Under the pieces are notes generated by a model that made no database searches, had not been told where the DNA came from, and worked only from the letters and a program-made list of their open reading frames with translations. A DNA stretch of 64,000 bases from Candidatus Bathyarchaeota archaeon (GTDB taxonomy: Archaea; Thermoproteota; Bathyarchaeia; Bathyarchaeales; Bathycorpusculaceae), in assembly GCA_963707955.1 (NCBI GenBank), contig OY970176.1, positions 1,952,001 to 2,016,000 of the forward strand, in the 5' to 3' direction. Below are positions 29,488 through 39,929 of the stretch, piece by piece; position 1 is the first letter of the stretch, and every line of letters starts with the position of its first letter. The position numbers and the translations under genes were made by a program.

Positions 29488-29515
29488 TCCTCAGCACGGT
29501 GGAACAACCGTGCCA

Positions 29516-32500
29516 TCATAGCTGAATGTTCACTCCCGTCACTGCAACTGTCGGCGGGTACTCCACGAGAATCCACAAGCCTGTTTGATCGGTACTGTTG
29601 TAGATTGAAGTTGCAGTTGTGTTGAATGTGGCGACGGCACCGTACCAAATCATATCCTGCATGCGGGAATCTAAGGTCGTGTTGAAAGTCAGTTGGGACT
29701 TTGCTACTGGCGTTAATTGAATTGTACCGGTCGAATTTGTGTTCAGCCCTCCAGTCTTTATGCCTGTGATAGTGTCAAAGATGTAGAGATACTGGTTGGC
29801 ATTGTCGGTGAACATTATTCCAGCTCCTGTCGTTCCTGAAATGATCTGGCTCCAATGATGAGCCCACGTTGAGACTGAGTAATTGTAGAACAGATCGGTG
29901 GCGTTCGAAACGATCGGCAAGCCGTTAGCCGTTCCGTTTTCGGTCTGCACCTGACCCGTCAACGAAGTCAACTGCACTGGGCACAAGTTGTTAATCGTTC
30001 TGTTCTGCTGCGACTGAACGAAGAACAAGCTCAGCTGATACGTATAGTACGTCGCATTAGCTGGCAGGGTTAACACAATATCAGAATAAACGTCTGAGCA
30101 ATTAGGGTTGGTTACACCACCATTTTGCCATTCAGCTTCCTGATGGACGATGTCTCTTACAACGCCACTCGTGATTACATATGAGGGACCCGCCCCATAA
30201 TAGCCTGGGTTGCCGTTAATTTGCATGAAATTGGCCGTAGATGACGAGTTTCCAACAGTGAAGGTCACAGGTTCAAAGTTGCCTTGAAACCGGAGCGTTG
30301 CAAGGCGGTTCGAGATTATTCCAGAACCAGGCGAGTCGTTAAAGTACCGGTTCGTGTATGCAAGGGGTGTCTGCGTGGCTGTGTCGCTTCCGTTCCACCA
30401 CATTGTGACTTTTGAAGTATTCGACGTCGCGAGGAAGACGAGCATTGTTCTACCGCTGAAAAGGCTCATGTTACTCGTCAAGCCCTGTGGAACTTGATAT
30501 CCCGAGGACCAGTCTTCTATTTGGAACGGAACCTCGCCGTTCACGCCGTTTATGGTCTCGTTAACGTGGATCGATTTCACTGGCACTGGAGGAACGGGCA
30601 ACGTTGAATTAGAATTTGTTAGGACTAAGTTTTGTCCAAGCCACCGCATCGTGCCGTCCTGCAGTAGCTCTACAGTGATCGTTCCTTGTTTTGACAACGA
30701 GTACAGGTCTACGTTGGTTGAAACAAACAGTACGTTAGTTGCGCTTGTTTGATTGCTTAAGGCCAAGGTTGTGTCATCTATTCTGAGGTGAACGTTTACG
30801 CCTGACATGGCGGTTGATACGTCAACGTAGTAGTCTATTTCCAAGTAGTCAGTTTGGTCCACGACGGTGTAGTTAACCCAAGAGTAAGTTCCAGACAATG
30901 TTGTTGGAGCTGACGTGAAATTAGCGGAAGGGGCTACGTTTGTCGCTATCGCTGTTCTGATCGTGCCGTCTGATCTTAGAATTGAAATGTTGATGTCCCC
31001 GTGAACAGACGGCGGTTGCACTGTAGGCTTCAGCGTCACGATGGAAACTGCCCAGTCAGCGCTCCCGGACAGGTTCCAAGACATCGTTAGACTGCCCGTT
31101 ACAGGTCCCATCTCGCTGCCATGGTCTCTGTTGTTCGAGTTGGGGCTCTGAAAGGTCGTAGCGTTGTCCCATCTCATCGTCTGACCAGTTCCTTCGGAAA
31201 CCACACTCGGTGCTTGATTGCCAGGGTATCTTACAGCCACGTTTCCTACCAGAAAGCTGTTAGACGTGCTGACGGTTATGCTTGCGGAAGGTGAGCTTGA
31301 CGATCCACTTCCTCCAGATGAATCTCCAGATACCGGCGGCGTTTGGGAAACACCTGAGTAGGTTACCGAACCGCCGGTTGCCTTTGTATTTGCGGAGAGG
31401 TTCACAGTGACCGTGCTTGTTCCTGTACTAGGTGCAATCAGATACCAAATTTCGCTACGAATGTTTTGGCCTTGATCGGTATCTGCTCTTAGAAATGTCA
31501 GACTTTGACTGCCATACGAAATGCTTGTAACCTTCTCGCTCCCACTTGACAACTTGATTGAGACTCCAACTATCATTGTCCTGTTTGAGCCTGAACCAGT
31601 TGTGTGCTTCCACGTAATTGTCGTTGCGCCATTTCCATTGTTTCCAGAGCTTGAGCTGTCAAAGGTTATGGTGTTTGCACTGCTACTAAACCATGCCCTG
31701 TAATTCAATGTCCAAGCGCTTGTCGGGATTGAAGAAACACCTGTCAGAGGATAAACAAACTTGCCCATCAGTTGTCTTCCTATGCTTCCTGCGCTGGCGT
31801 TGAGCGTTAATCCAGAAGCGTCAGCACTGCTGTTTTTCAACAGATAATAGGTTGAATTGCCAACTGTCGCAGTCTCCTGATGTGCATAGAGTGTCAGAGC
31901 GGAAACGCCAGACGTGGAGTTCCAAGTCAACGCGACATTGTAACTGTTGAACGAAGCAGCGACAGTAATGATTCCTCTTTGGTCTTCCACCTGAACAACG
32001 TAGGAGTAAGGGTTAATTCCAGATGGTAAGTTAACGTAATATGTGCCATTTGCGTAGGCCGTAGGTTCTGTGGTTGGGTTCGCGAGACTGCCAAGTTGAG
32101 CTGGTGTTGTTGTATTGGTAGAAATCGAAGTTCTGTTGTCCAAGGGTTACGAGGGGTTGACTTTGGTCTTGGGTTATGCTCAGGCATGCTTGGCCGGTAG
32201 TTGTGTTGATGATCTGGACGGTTAGTTCGCACGAAGCCTGGTAGCTAACGCCTAGTATGCCAAGCCCTGGCAAGTCATAGTTCACAGTCAAGCTTCCGCT
32301 GCTGTAGCTGGTGCTTGAGAACCAGTATGCATGAAGTGCAGAGCTGTTTAAGTTGATTGAAGTTCCCCATTCAGGATGCATATTTGCTATGTTCTGAAGT
32401 CCGGATTGAAGGTAGCTTGTTGCTACAGCTTGCGCGTATGACACGTTTCCAGTGACTTGTAGAACGGAACCGTAGTAGCCTAACGTGAAACCCAGAATTT

Positions 32501-32660
32501 GTTTGATTGCAAGATTCGTCTCGTCTATAGCGTTTAGAATCGGTGCCTGATTTTGGACTGGACTGCTGCGAATTGTCGAGTAGGTCGCTATAACGGTTGT
32601 GATGAGGATTACCGCTACAAGCAACGCCGCGATTATTGAGAACTGGCCATTGTTGTTCAT
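29516..32660 (-). CDS. Large pilin-like adhesin (about 1050 aa), split by an apparent +1 frameshift near 32087
   Basis: N-terminus MNNNG|QFSIIAALLVAVIL (class III signal); ORFs 32031-32660 and 29516-32143 join as ...STWQ-LANPTTEP... after removing one base. Confidence 0.75.
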
Positions 32661-32661
32661 G

Positions 32662-33996
32662 CTAAACTCCTCCGGCCTCTCCAAGTTGTAGGACCACGAG
32701 TCTTGAGGTTCCGCTGGCACCGTACTGAGAAGGAAAGAGTGTAGGCTTATAATCGCTCAGGAGTCCAAGCGCCGTAAGCCTGATGTCAGGGGTTCTAGCT
32801 AACCCCAATGACATGAAACTGCCCGTGACGTTGCCCGAGATAATGTGCCTGTATACGGCGCCAGCGCTCCAGTTTCCCCATGGATTAAGTATGTAGGTAG
32901 TGACCGTTAACTGGTACGTGCCTAGTATCGATAAGTCCATAGCCCTGGTGGATGTTTGCTGGGAAGATGGATAAATCCCATAGTAGTTGGAATAGTATTG
33001 TGCGACGTTTGATAAACTAACGACCGTGGCAGTTTCGTTAGTATCGCTGTTGGCATAAGTATAGCTCTTGTTGCTTAACCCTTCAAGAAAAGACCCGAGA
33101 CCATTACTGCCAACCATGACCATCCCATAGATTCCCCAATTGTTCTGGCTGGTTCCTATTACAGTGGTGGTGTTAGTGTTAGTTACGTAATAAAATGGCC
33201 ATCCTACTATACTTGCCCAGGTCCAATTATACTGATGTACTCTTTGCCCCAGAGTGTAGTCGTAGAGAGCATACGATTTGTTGGATGGATCGTATCCAAC
33301 ATTGCTACTCATGTAATATCCGGCTGGTATCGGTACTGCTTCTCCATTTGTGTTTATCACGACAGCGTTAGTGACATTTTCGTACAGTGAGTTGGATATC
33401 TTGGTCCCATTTAATAGCTGTCCGAGCTGCGTGGTGTTCTGTACCATTACTGTTGCCTTGAAATACGGCGAGAGCAGGTTGTACAAATCTCCAGCCAACG
33501 TCTGCGCTGTGTATCCTGTGATCCACCATCCGTTGGAGTCGCTGCAATTCAGTATGTAGAGGGTTCCCCCTGCTCCGTTTGCTCCGATTTTCTCGGGGGT
33601 TGAAAGGAAGGTTGCATTCGAGGATGCAACCAGGTAAGTGGCAACGTCGGAGCTTATGCCTAAGCTCTGGGCGTTCGAAAGGGAATTAACTACGCTATAC
33701 AACTGCGTTCCTCCGGTTGACGCGTCGTAGACCGTCAGATTGTAGACAATGTGTGCGGGGAGACTAGCGGAGAGGGCTGTCTGAAGCTGGTTCCATGATG
33801 GATCATTTGGATCGGTGAAGACTGTTTGGCTGAGGGAATGGTCAGAGTCCAGCATTTCGAGCGTCGTTAACGCTAATCTTCGAAGATTCACAGGGGAAAC
33901 TTGTTGTGGTTGAGGAAGGAAAGCGAAGAACGAAGCTATTATTGAGGCTCCAGTGATGATGATTATTACGAGCAAAACCTCTATGGTTCGCATCAT
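32662..33996 (-). CDS. Pilin-like/minor pilus protein
   Basis: MMRTIEVLLVIIII N-terminal helix, many N-x-S/T sequons, 1-nt gaps to both neighbours. Confidence 0.75.
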   Translation of the reverse strand: MMRTIEVLLVIIIITGASIIASFFAFLPQPQQVSPVNLRRLALTTLEMLDSDHSLSQTVFTDPNDPSWNQLQTALSASLPAHIVYNLTVYDASTGGTQLYSVVNSLSNAQSLGISSDVATYLVASSNATFLSTPEKIGANGAGGTLYILNCSDSNGWWITGYTAQTLAGDLYNLLSPYFKATVMVQNTTQLGQLLNGTKISNSLYENVTNAVVINTNGEAVPIPAGYYMSSNVGYDPSNKSYALYDYTLGQRVHQYNWTWASIVGWPFYYVTNTNTTTVIGTSQNNWGIYGMVMVGSNGLGSFLEGLSNKSYTYANSDTNETATVVSLSNVAQYYSNYYGIYPSSQQTSTRAMDLSILGTYQLTVTTYILNPWGNWSAGAVYRHIISGNVTGSFMSLGLARTPDIRLTALGLLSDYKPTLFPSQYGASGTSRLVVLQLGEAGGV

Positions 33997-33997
33997 T

Positions 33998-35210
33998 TTA
34001 GCTCACGACCTGATAGCCTTGCAGACTCCATAATGCGAGTTTTGCTTGATATGAAACGCCAGCGATTGTGACTAAGCGTGTGTCTGTGGTAACCCAGTCT
34101 CTTGAAAGCGGGCTAGCTCCGAAGACCACTGGAAAAGCCAATGAGCTTACTCCCCATGGCATCAACACGATGCCGGAATTTGCTTCGTCTTTCTCGTACG
34201 CAATCGCTAGAATGCCAGTGTTATTCGTTGGGATTGCGACATTGCTGTAAGCGCCAGAACTGATGCTTCCTGTGACATTGGACAGTGGCATTTCACGTAA
34301 AGTGAAGTCTTGGGCTAGAACAACAAAAATCGCGTTGTATCCTAACGTATCGTTACTTCCACCGTACACGTCACCACTGTTTGCAAGAAGCAAACTTTCG
34401 TTGCCAAAATCGCCGATAAACGGTACCGGATAACTGTTGCTGTAAGTGACGTGTTCGTAGTCTCCAGTCTCCGACTAGGCCGCTTGAGCGGGCATAAGCG
34501 ACGATGGCGTACGACGTGCTCCCATCGAGACCTGGAAAACTCAGAGAAACCTGACCTTGGCTATTCGTCACACCTGTGCCGCTCGTGATCCCGTAGTCTG
34601 GGTATGGGGCTTGACCTGTGACGTTGACGAGGCAGTAGCTGACGTTTGCGTTAGCCAGCGGGTAACCATTTCCATTCACTGTCACGGTTAGGCTGAATGG
34701 ATTCGTCGTGGCCGGACTCAGGCTAACTGTCACTATCGGTGTCAGGGTGAGGCTAAACCCGTAGGTTCCGTTTATTCCAAGCAATTGTGCCGCGGTTGAG
34801 TAGTTGATGACTTCGTTGAAAGGCGCTAATAACGATTTTTCAAACCCCATATTGGCGTTGCTGTAATACATTTTGGTCATGGGATAATATGTCGGGTTTC
34901 CTAACGAATTGCTCAGTCGCATGAGAGAAAATGGGCTGAGTTCGTACTGCGTGAATTCTGGGTCTTGGAGGCCGAAAGTCGTTGGGGTGCTATCGGTTCT
35001 TCCCCAGAACGTCGTGGTTGCCGAGTCAAGCGGACTGCCAGGGTTGAGAAGCATGCTGTCAAGCAGGTCACTGCATTTAGTTGCGAGATATCTGTGGCTC
35101 TGGTACAGAATTGCAGTTTGTATGGTCTGGTTGAAAAGACCTATGAAAAGAAGTAACGCTGCCAGTAACACTATGAGGGCAACAATGTGATCAATAGTTG
35201 CGCCGGCCAT
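33998..35210 (-). CDS. Pilin-like/minor pilus protein, split by an apparent +1 frameshift at about 34461-34468
   Basis: MAGATIDHIVALIVLL N-terminal helix; the downstream frame YEHVTYSNSYPVPFIGDF continues into ORF 33998-34393. Confidence 0.7.
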
Positions 35211-35217
35211 CTTTTCC

Positions 35218-35694
35218 CTACCCTCCGAACCATAGCGATATCGTTCCATTCGAAAACTTTTGGGCGCTGACGCATGCGTTTGTAGAATTACTCATAAAGA
35301 TGGATTGCTTCCAAAGAACGTTGGATCCTAAGATGACCGTGGTGGTCACGGAGTTTGAGGTTCCGACTAGTTTCACTGTTAATTGCAAGAAGGACGGATT
35401 TGAAGGGTTTGTGCTCGACGACAGAATCGCATTTCCCGTGTAATAAGAACTCTCAATGAACTGTGGAAGTCCTGGGGAATAGGTTATTGTTCCTGCAGGT
35501 ATCGAGTCGTGATTCAGGGAGAAATACAGTTGCTGCACTGCGCTTCCTAGTTGACCTGCAACATCTTGGACAGCAAGTGTTCTTCGCGAATCTACCCAAG
35601 TGTTCATGAGCGAATTTGCAAAAATGGGAAAAAGGAAGATCTGAAGTATCAACACCGGCATCATAATGATGTACTCGATTGTCACGTGTGGCAT
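35218..35694 (-). CDS. Pilin-like protein
   Basis: MPHVTIEYIIMMPVLILQIF N-terminal helix; GGAGG SD. Confidence 0.75.
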   Translation of the reverse strand: MPHVTIEYIIMMPVLILQIFLFPIFANSLMNTWVDSRRTLAVQDVAGQLGSAVQQLYFSLNHDSIPAGTITYSPGLPQFIESSYYTGNAILSSSTNPSNPSFLQLTVKLVGTSNSVTTTVILGSNVLWKQSIFMSNSTNACVSAQKFSNGTISLWFGG

Positions 35695-35713
35695 TCATAT
35701 TCCTCCAAAGTGG

Positions 35714-36590
35714 TTAAGCATACTCTCCTATAGCAACGGTCACATTTCCAGTGTAGAATTCCAATGAAGAGCCTGCTGGGACGTGTAAGTCTGCCTGAGA
35801 ACTGTTGAAATCGAAAAAGGTTGAGTCGAACCCCCCCGAAACTTGGGGAGGTTTGTGGAAAGGCAACGGTTATGTTGATCTCTTTGACATTCTGTACTGT
35901 TTGAACATTGAATGCCGTTGCCATAAGTGTAACGGATTGTGAAATGTGCAGGTTATTTCCTGATGGTTGAAGGATGGGCAAATAAAAGTTATAGTAGCCC
36001 GTATTTGCCACCGTCGAATTCAGCATCCTTATCGAAGGTGCAACGACTACTCTTACGTAACTACCATCCTTCATTGGAACTCTTTCGATCACGAATACGT
36101 GACTCACTGGTGCGGTGGTGCCCTGTACTAGGAAGGAACTGTTTGATGTGGGAGATATGAGTTCCATGTAGTTGTTGGCAATGTTGTAACTGCCCGTGGG
36201 CATGTTGAAAAAGAGGGCGCCTGTGGTGAAGCTGACATTCGGCGTGTTTGCACCGTTTACGTAAAGAGCGTAGGTCAAATTCGCGGTCCCAAAGGTGATT
36301 TGACCAAACTGGCTTGCATAACGCATTGTTTGCGTGCGTCCAACAGTCCATGCTACGTCGTCTATTTGCTGGCCGACTGTCTGCATAAACTGTTCCATCG
36401 CGCTAAACTCGTTTTCTGCTATCCGCGCGTTCATGTAGTTGTTTGCGAAAATAACAGTGACTAGGAGTAGCACCACTATGGTGCTCGTGATTATTACGGT
36501 GGAAATGGCTGGGGTAACCGCCTTTTTGTCGTTTCTGAGTCGATGTATCATGTTACTCTTCGCTCTTTCCTTGATCTTTTTTCCTATCAA
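35714..36590 (-). CDS. Type IV pilin-like protein, apparent +1 frameshift in a G7 run (35831-35837)
   Basis: Class III signal DKKA|VTPAISTVIITS; with G6 the C-terminus reads FGGFDSTFFDF...EFYTGNVTVAIGEYA* and stops at 35714, before the next SD. Confidence 0.75.
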
Positions 36591-38257
36591 AATTTTATGA
36601 ACATGGGCACCAGTTTCGCAGCGACAACGGATACTACCACGAGGATTGAGGCATGCTTGAAGCCTGCCGCAATTGATTCTTCGCTTATCTTACCTGCTAC
36701 TATGCCTATGAGATAACTGGAGAAAATGCATGATGTGTTGAATACGGCTCTTATCCAGCTCATGTCCGGCGGTTGCGTTCCTCCGGATATCCCAAAAGTG
36801 CCTGAAGTGAAGCCTAACATCATGGTTGTTGTTATCACAAGAAGAAGAGCGCACATATAAGGCATCATTATGTACGGACGGGTATCCGACTTCTTTTGTT
36901 TGTCAATTTCTTGCGTCAAGTTGTTAAAGCGTGCAAGCGATTCTATCATTGCGATTGTGCCGCCGCCCACGTCCACAGTTTCAACGAGCAAGAACATGAC
37001 GATCTGAGACATCCAGCTTCGAGTTCTCTTGACAAAATCCATTATCACTTTTCGGACAGGAAGTCCCCAAGAGATTTCTGAGCTTATCTTGCGTAGTTCT
37101 TTGCTGAATACACCGTAGTCGCGGTGTGAAAGACTTTCAATGCATTTTTCTGGCGACAGGCCAGTTTTTCTGACTTCTGTCAAGTCTCTAAGGAAACTGT
37201 TTATGCCCTCTTCAGTCTGCGTTGTATGGGTTGAGAGTTTGCTGTGCACTATCGCAGCGGGCGCCGTGGCAACAAACAACGATACGGCCGTGGCCACGGG
37301 CAGGTCGACTAGTGAGCCAAAGATCTTGAAAACGTAGAGTAGCACGAACAGCACTATGCCTATGATGCCGCATAATGCAAACACCTTGTAGGGACGCATT
37401 TCGGTGATAGGAGTCTTGGGCTGCATGCTGTGTGCCAGGTAGATGAACATCATTGAAAGCATGGGACTGAGTCCGAATGTGTAGAGGATTATCATTGAAG
37501 TGGACCCTCCGCCGCCTACGCCGCCGATGTTTTCAACGCTGAACATGATGTAGAAGCAGAGGGACATCATGACGTTGACGATTATGAAAGTCTCCAGGAG
37601 CATTCCAAGTCTTTCAGCAGCGGCTCTGACACGAAGTGCTCTTGCTTTGAATATGTCTTCGGCTTTTCTTTCGAGGAAGTGTCCGATGTCGCCGCCGATG
37701 ATTACTGTCGACGCGTACCCTGACAAGAAATCTTTGAAGATGTCCAGGGGGTTTTTCTTTGCTGCGTTTTCAATCGCAGTTAGCGGGTCTATGCCGAAGA
37801 TCTCAACGTCTTTTATGATTTCTCTTGCCTCGCTCTTCATGTATGGCAGCAGATCGACCTCGGAGAGTCTTTTGAAGCTGCTGTACGGTGCTATGCCTCC
37901 GGAAGCCATTACGCTGATGTAAGATGAAGCAAACGGCATCTCTCGTTCCAAGTTGGCCGCTCTGTCACCGGCTCTAGACATTGGAACTAGGAAAAACCCG
38001 ATAATCACGAAGAGCGGAAGGGGAATCAGGAAAATGACCGGAATGAAGCCGTAGAGAAGCATGACAACTGCGCAGACTGCCGATATTGGAATGGTTAATA
38101 CGGCTATGAAAAGCATCAATGACACGTAGGTTTCTGGGTAAATCTTGATCCTTGCTTTTTCCAAGTAGTCTTTAAACTGTATATGTTTCAGAAAAGAGGG
38201 CGATGTTCTTCCGAAGATGCGGAAGGACCACGCCTCAAGGGTTTCTAGAAACGGCAA
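36587..38257 (-). CDS. Type IV pilus platform membrane protein (TadC/ArlJ/PilC, two T2SSF domains)
   Basis: LEREMPFA..Y..VMASGG and FLRDLTE..KTG repeats; follows the ATPase. Confidence 0.9.
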   Translation of the reverse strand: MPFLETLEAWSFRIFGRTSPSFLKHIQFKDYLEKARIKIYPETYVSLMLFIAVLTIPISAVCAVVMLLYGFIPVIFLIPLPLFVIIGFFLVPMSRAGDRAANLEREMPFASSYISVMASGGIAPYSSFKRLSEVDLLPYMKSEAREIIKDVEIFGIDPLTAIENAAKKNPLDIFKDFLSGYASTVIIGGDIGHFLERKAEDIFKARALRVRAAAERLGMLLETFIIVNVMMSLCFYIMFSVENIGGVGGGGSTSMIILYTFGLSPMLSMMFIYLAHSMQPKTPITEMRPYKVFALCGIIGIVLFVLLYVFKIFGSLVDLPVATAVSLFVATAPAAIVHSKLSTHTTQTEEGINSFLRDLTEVRKTGLSPEKCIESLSHRDYGVFSKELRKISSEISWGLPVRKVIMDFVKRTRSWMSQIVMFLLVETVDVGGGTIAMIESLARFNNLTQEIDKQKKSDTRPYIMMPYMCALLLVITTTMMLGFTSGTFGISGGTQPPDMSWIRAVFNTSCIFSSYLIGIVAGKISEESIAAGFKHASILVVVSVVAAKLVPMFIKF

Positions 38258-39863
38258 CTGCCTTAACCTCCTCCCCTGCGAGAACCTTCTCGTAGATCTG
38301 CTTTGGCTTGGCAGAATACTCTGCTATTATTGCGGCCACGTCCTTGTAGCTTCTGATGTCATGTTCTCTCATCCAATGGAGTACGACTCTGCGCTTCTCA
38401 ATTTCTGCGATGAGGTCTTTCTTGCTCATGCCCAGTCGCTCGGAGATCCCGGCAAGCATTACACTCTTGTCAAACGCTTGTATCTGTTCGTCCTTGTTCG
38501 GGTTCCATTTGAAGACTGTCCTGTAGTCCTCGTAGTTCGCGATCTCGTTCACGTCCAGTATACGCCTGTACGCCTTTCGTTCGCTGTTCTTGATCAGGTG
38601 GACTCTTTGAACCGACAGCACTATGTTCATCAGCGGAATGTATGCTGGAGAGATGTCCATGGGTTTAGAAGTCAGTCGTTTAATCGCTGAATCCAGGTTT
38701 TCAGCGTGCATGGTGCACATTCCACCGTGGCCCGTGGCCAAGGCTTGGAAGAGCACGTATGCTTCTTGTCCTCTCACCTCTCCCACTATGAGTATGTCTG
38801 GACGGTGTCTCATCGAAGTTTTGACCAAGTCGAAAAGTGCAACTTCTCCTGTGCTGTCTCCGCCCAGGCCATAGCTTTGTCTGGCGATTAGTGAAACCCA
38901 GTTTTCAAGGGGTAGATTAAGCTCAGCTGTTTCTTCTATCGTGATGACCTTGCTTCCAGGCTTAATCAGGCAGGCCAGAGCGTTTAGGGCGGTTGTCTTT
39001 CCTGCTGCCGTTCCGCCCAAAACCATTATGGAGGCTCTTTGTTCAAGGCATTGCCAGAGGTAAGCGGCCATCTCCTCCGAGAAAGTGCCTATGTTTATGA
39101 GGTCTATTATGGAATACGGGTCTTCTCTAAACTTCCTTATGGTGAAAGCCGTGCCGAAAGGCGTGACTTCGCGTCTGTAGCACACCGAAAGCCTGTGCTT
39201 ACCCGGCAGCGAGGCATCGACGATCGGGAAGGCTGAGCTTACGTGTTTTCCAGCCATGTGTACGAGCTTAACAACCATGTTGTCAAGTTCTTCATCCGTC
39301 TGAAACTCGATGTTGGTTTCGATGCTCTCGTAGGTTCGGTGCCAAATATAAACGGATTTGCCTACACCGTCACATGAAATATCTTCAATGTTCGGGTCTC
39401 GCATCAACGGGTCGATCTGACCGAACCCCACGAGGTCTCTTTCCGCGTGGTAGAGAATCTTGTACCACGACACGTCGGGCAACCAGCCGAGGCTTATGCG
39501 GTACTTGTCAACGATCTTCTTTGCCTCGTCTGCGAAGAACCTTCTAGGATCCAGAATTTCCTCTTTTGGGGACTCGATCTCTGCGAGGAGTATTTCTAGG
39601 ATGCGGTTGTAGACGCTTCTCTCCAGCGGGTCGAGCTGCAGTTCGTCTAGAATGTACTTGAACTCCCCAGTTTTTGGGTTTTGTGCGATAGCCACGTGGG
39701 CGAAAGGCTCGTAAAGCGGGTATTTTTCCACAACCTTGTACCCTCTGGGTACGGGTCTTGGCGTTGGAGCAGGGACGGCTGTCTGCTCGCGCTTTTTAAA
39801 GTTGAGTTTGATCTGCACTGTCTTCAGCTTTGCCAGTTTTCCTTTCAGACGCAACTGTGTCAT
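38235..39863 (-). CDS. Type IV pilus assembly ATPase (PilB/ArlI/VirB11 family)
   Basis: DPNIEDISCDG, FTIRKF, GGTAAGKTT, RHRPDILIVGEVRG, TGH, TMHA. Confidence 0.95.
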   Translation of the reverse strand: MTQLRLKGKLAKLKTVQIKLNFKKREQTAVPAPTPRPVPRGYKVVEKYPLYEPFAHVAIAQNPKTGEFKYILDELQLDPLERSVYNRILEILLAEIESPKEEILDPRRFFADEAKKIVDKYRISLGWLPDVSWYKILYHAERDLVGFGQIDPLMRDPNIEDISCDGVGKSVYIWHRTYESIETNIEFQTDEELDNMVVKLVHMAGKHVSSAFPIVDASLPGKHRLSVCYRREVTPFGTAFTIRKFREDPYSIIDLINIGTFSEEMAAYLWQCLEQRASIMVLGGTAAGKTTALNALACLIKPGSKVITIEETAELNLPLENWVSLIARQSYGLGGDSTGEVALFDLVKTSMRHRPDILIVGEVRGQEAYVLFQALATGHGGMCTMHAENLDSAIKRLTSKPMDISPAYIPLMNIVLSVQRVHLIKNSERKAYRRILDVNEIANYEDYRTVFKWNPNKDEQIQAFDKSVMLAGISERLGMSKKDLIAEIEKRRVVLHWMREHDIRSYKDVAAIIAEYSAKPKQIYEKVLAGEEVKAVAVSRNP

Positions 39864-39929
39864 TGTTGTTCTCCTGTGCTATACTGTTCATATGCGAACG
39901 GTCTATTAAATATTACGTCTCACGAGACC

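Noticed and set aside
28018-39863. Archaellum operon
   Set aside because: No arlH, arlF/G or recognisable archaellin; the gene set fits a type IV pilus
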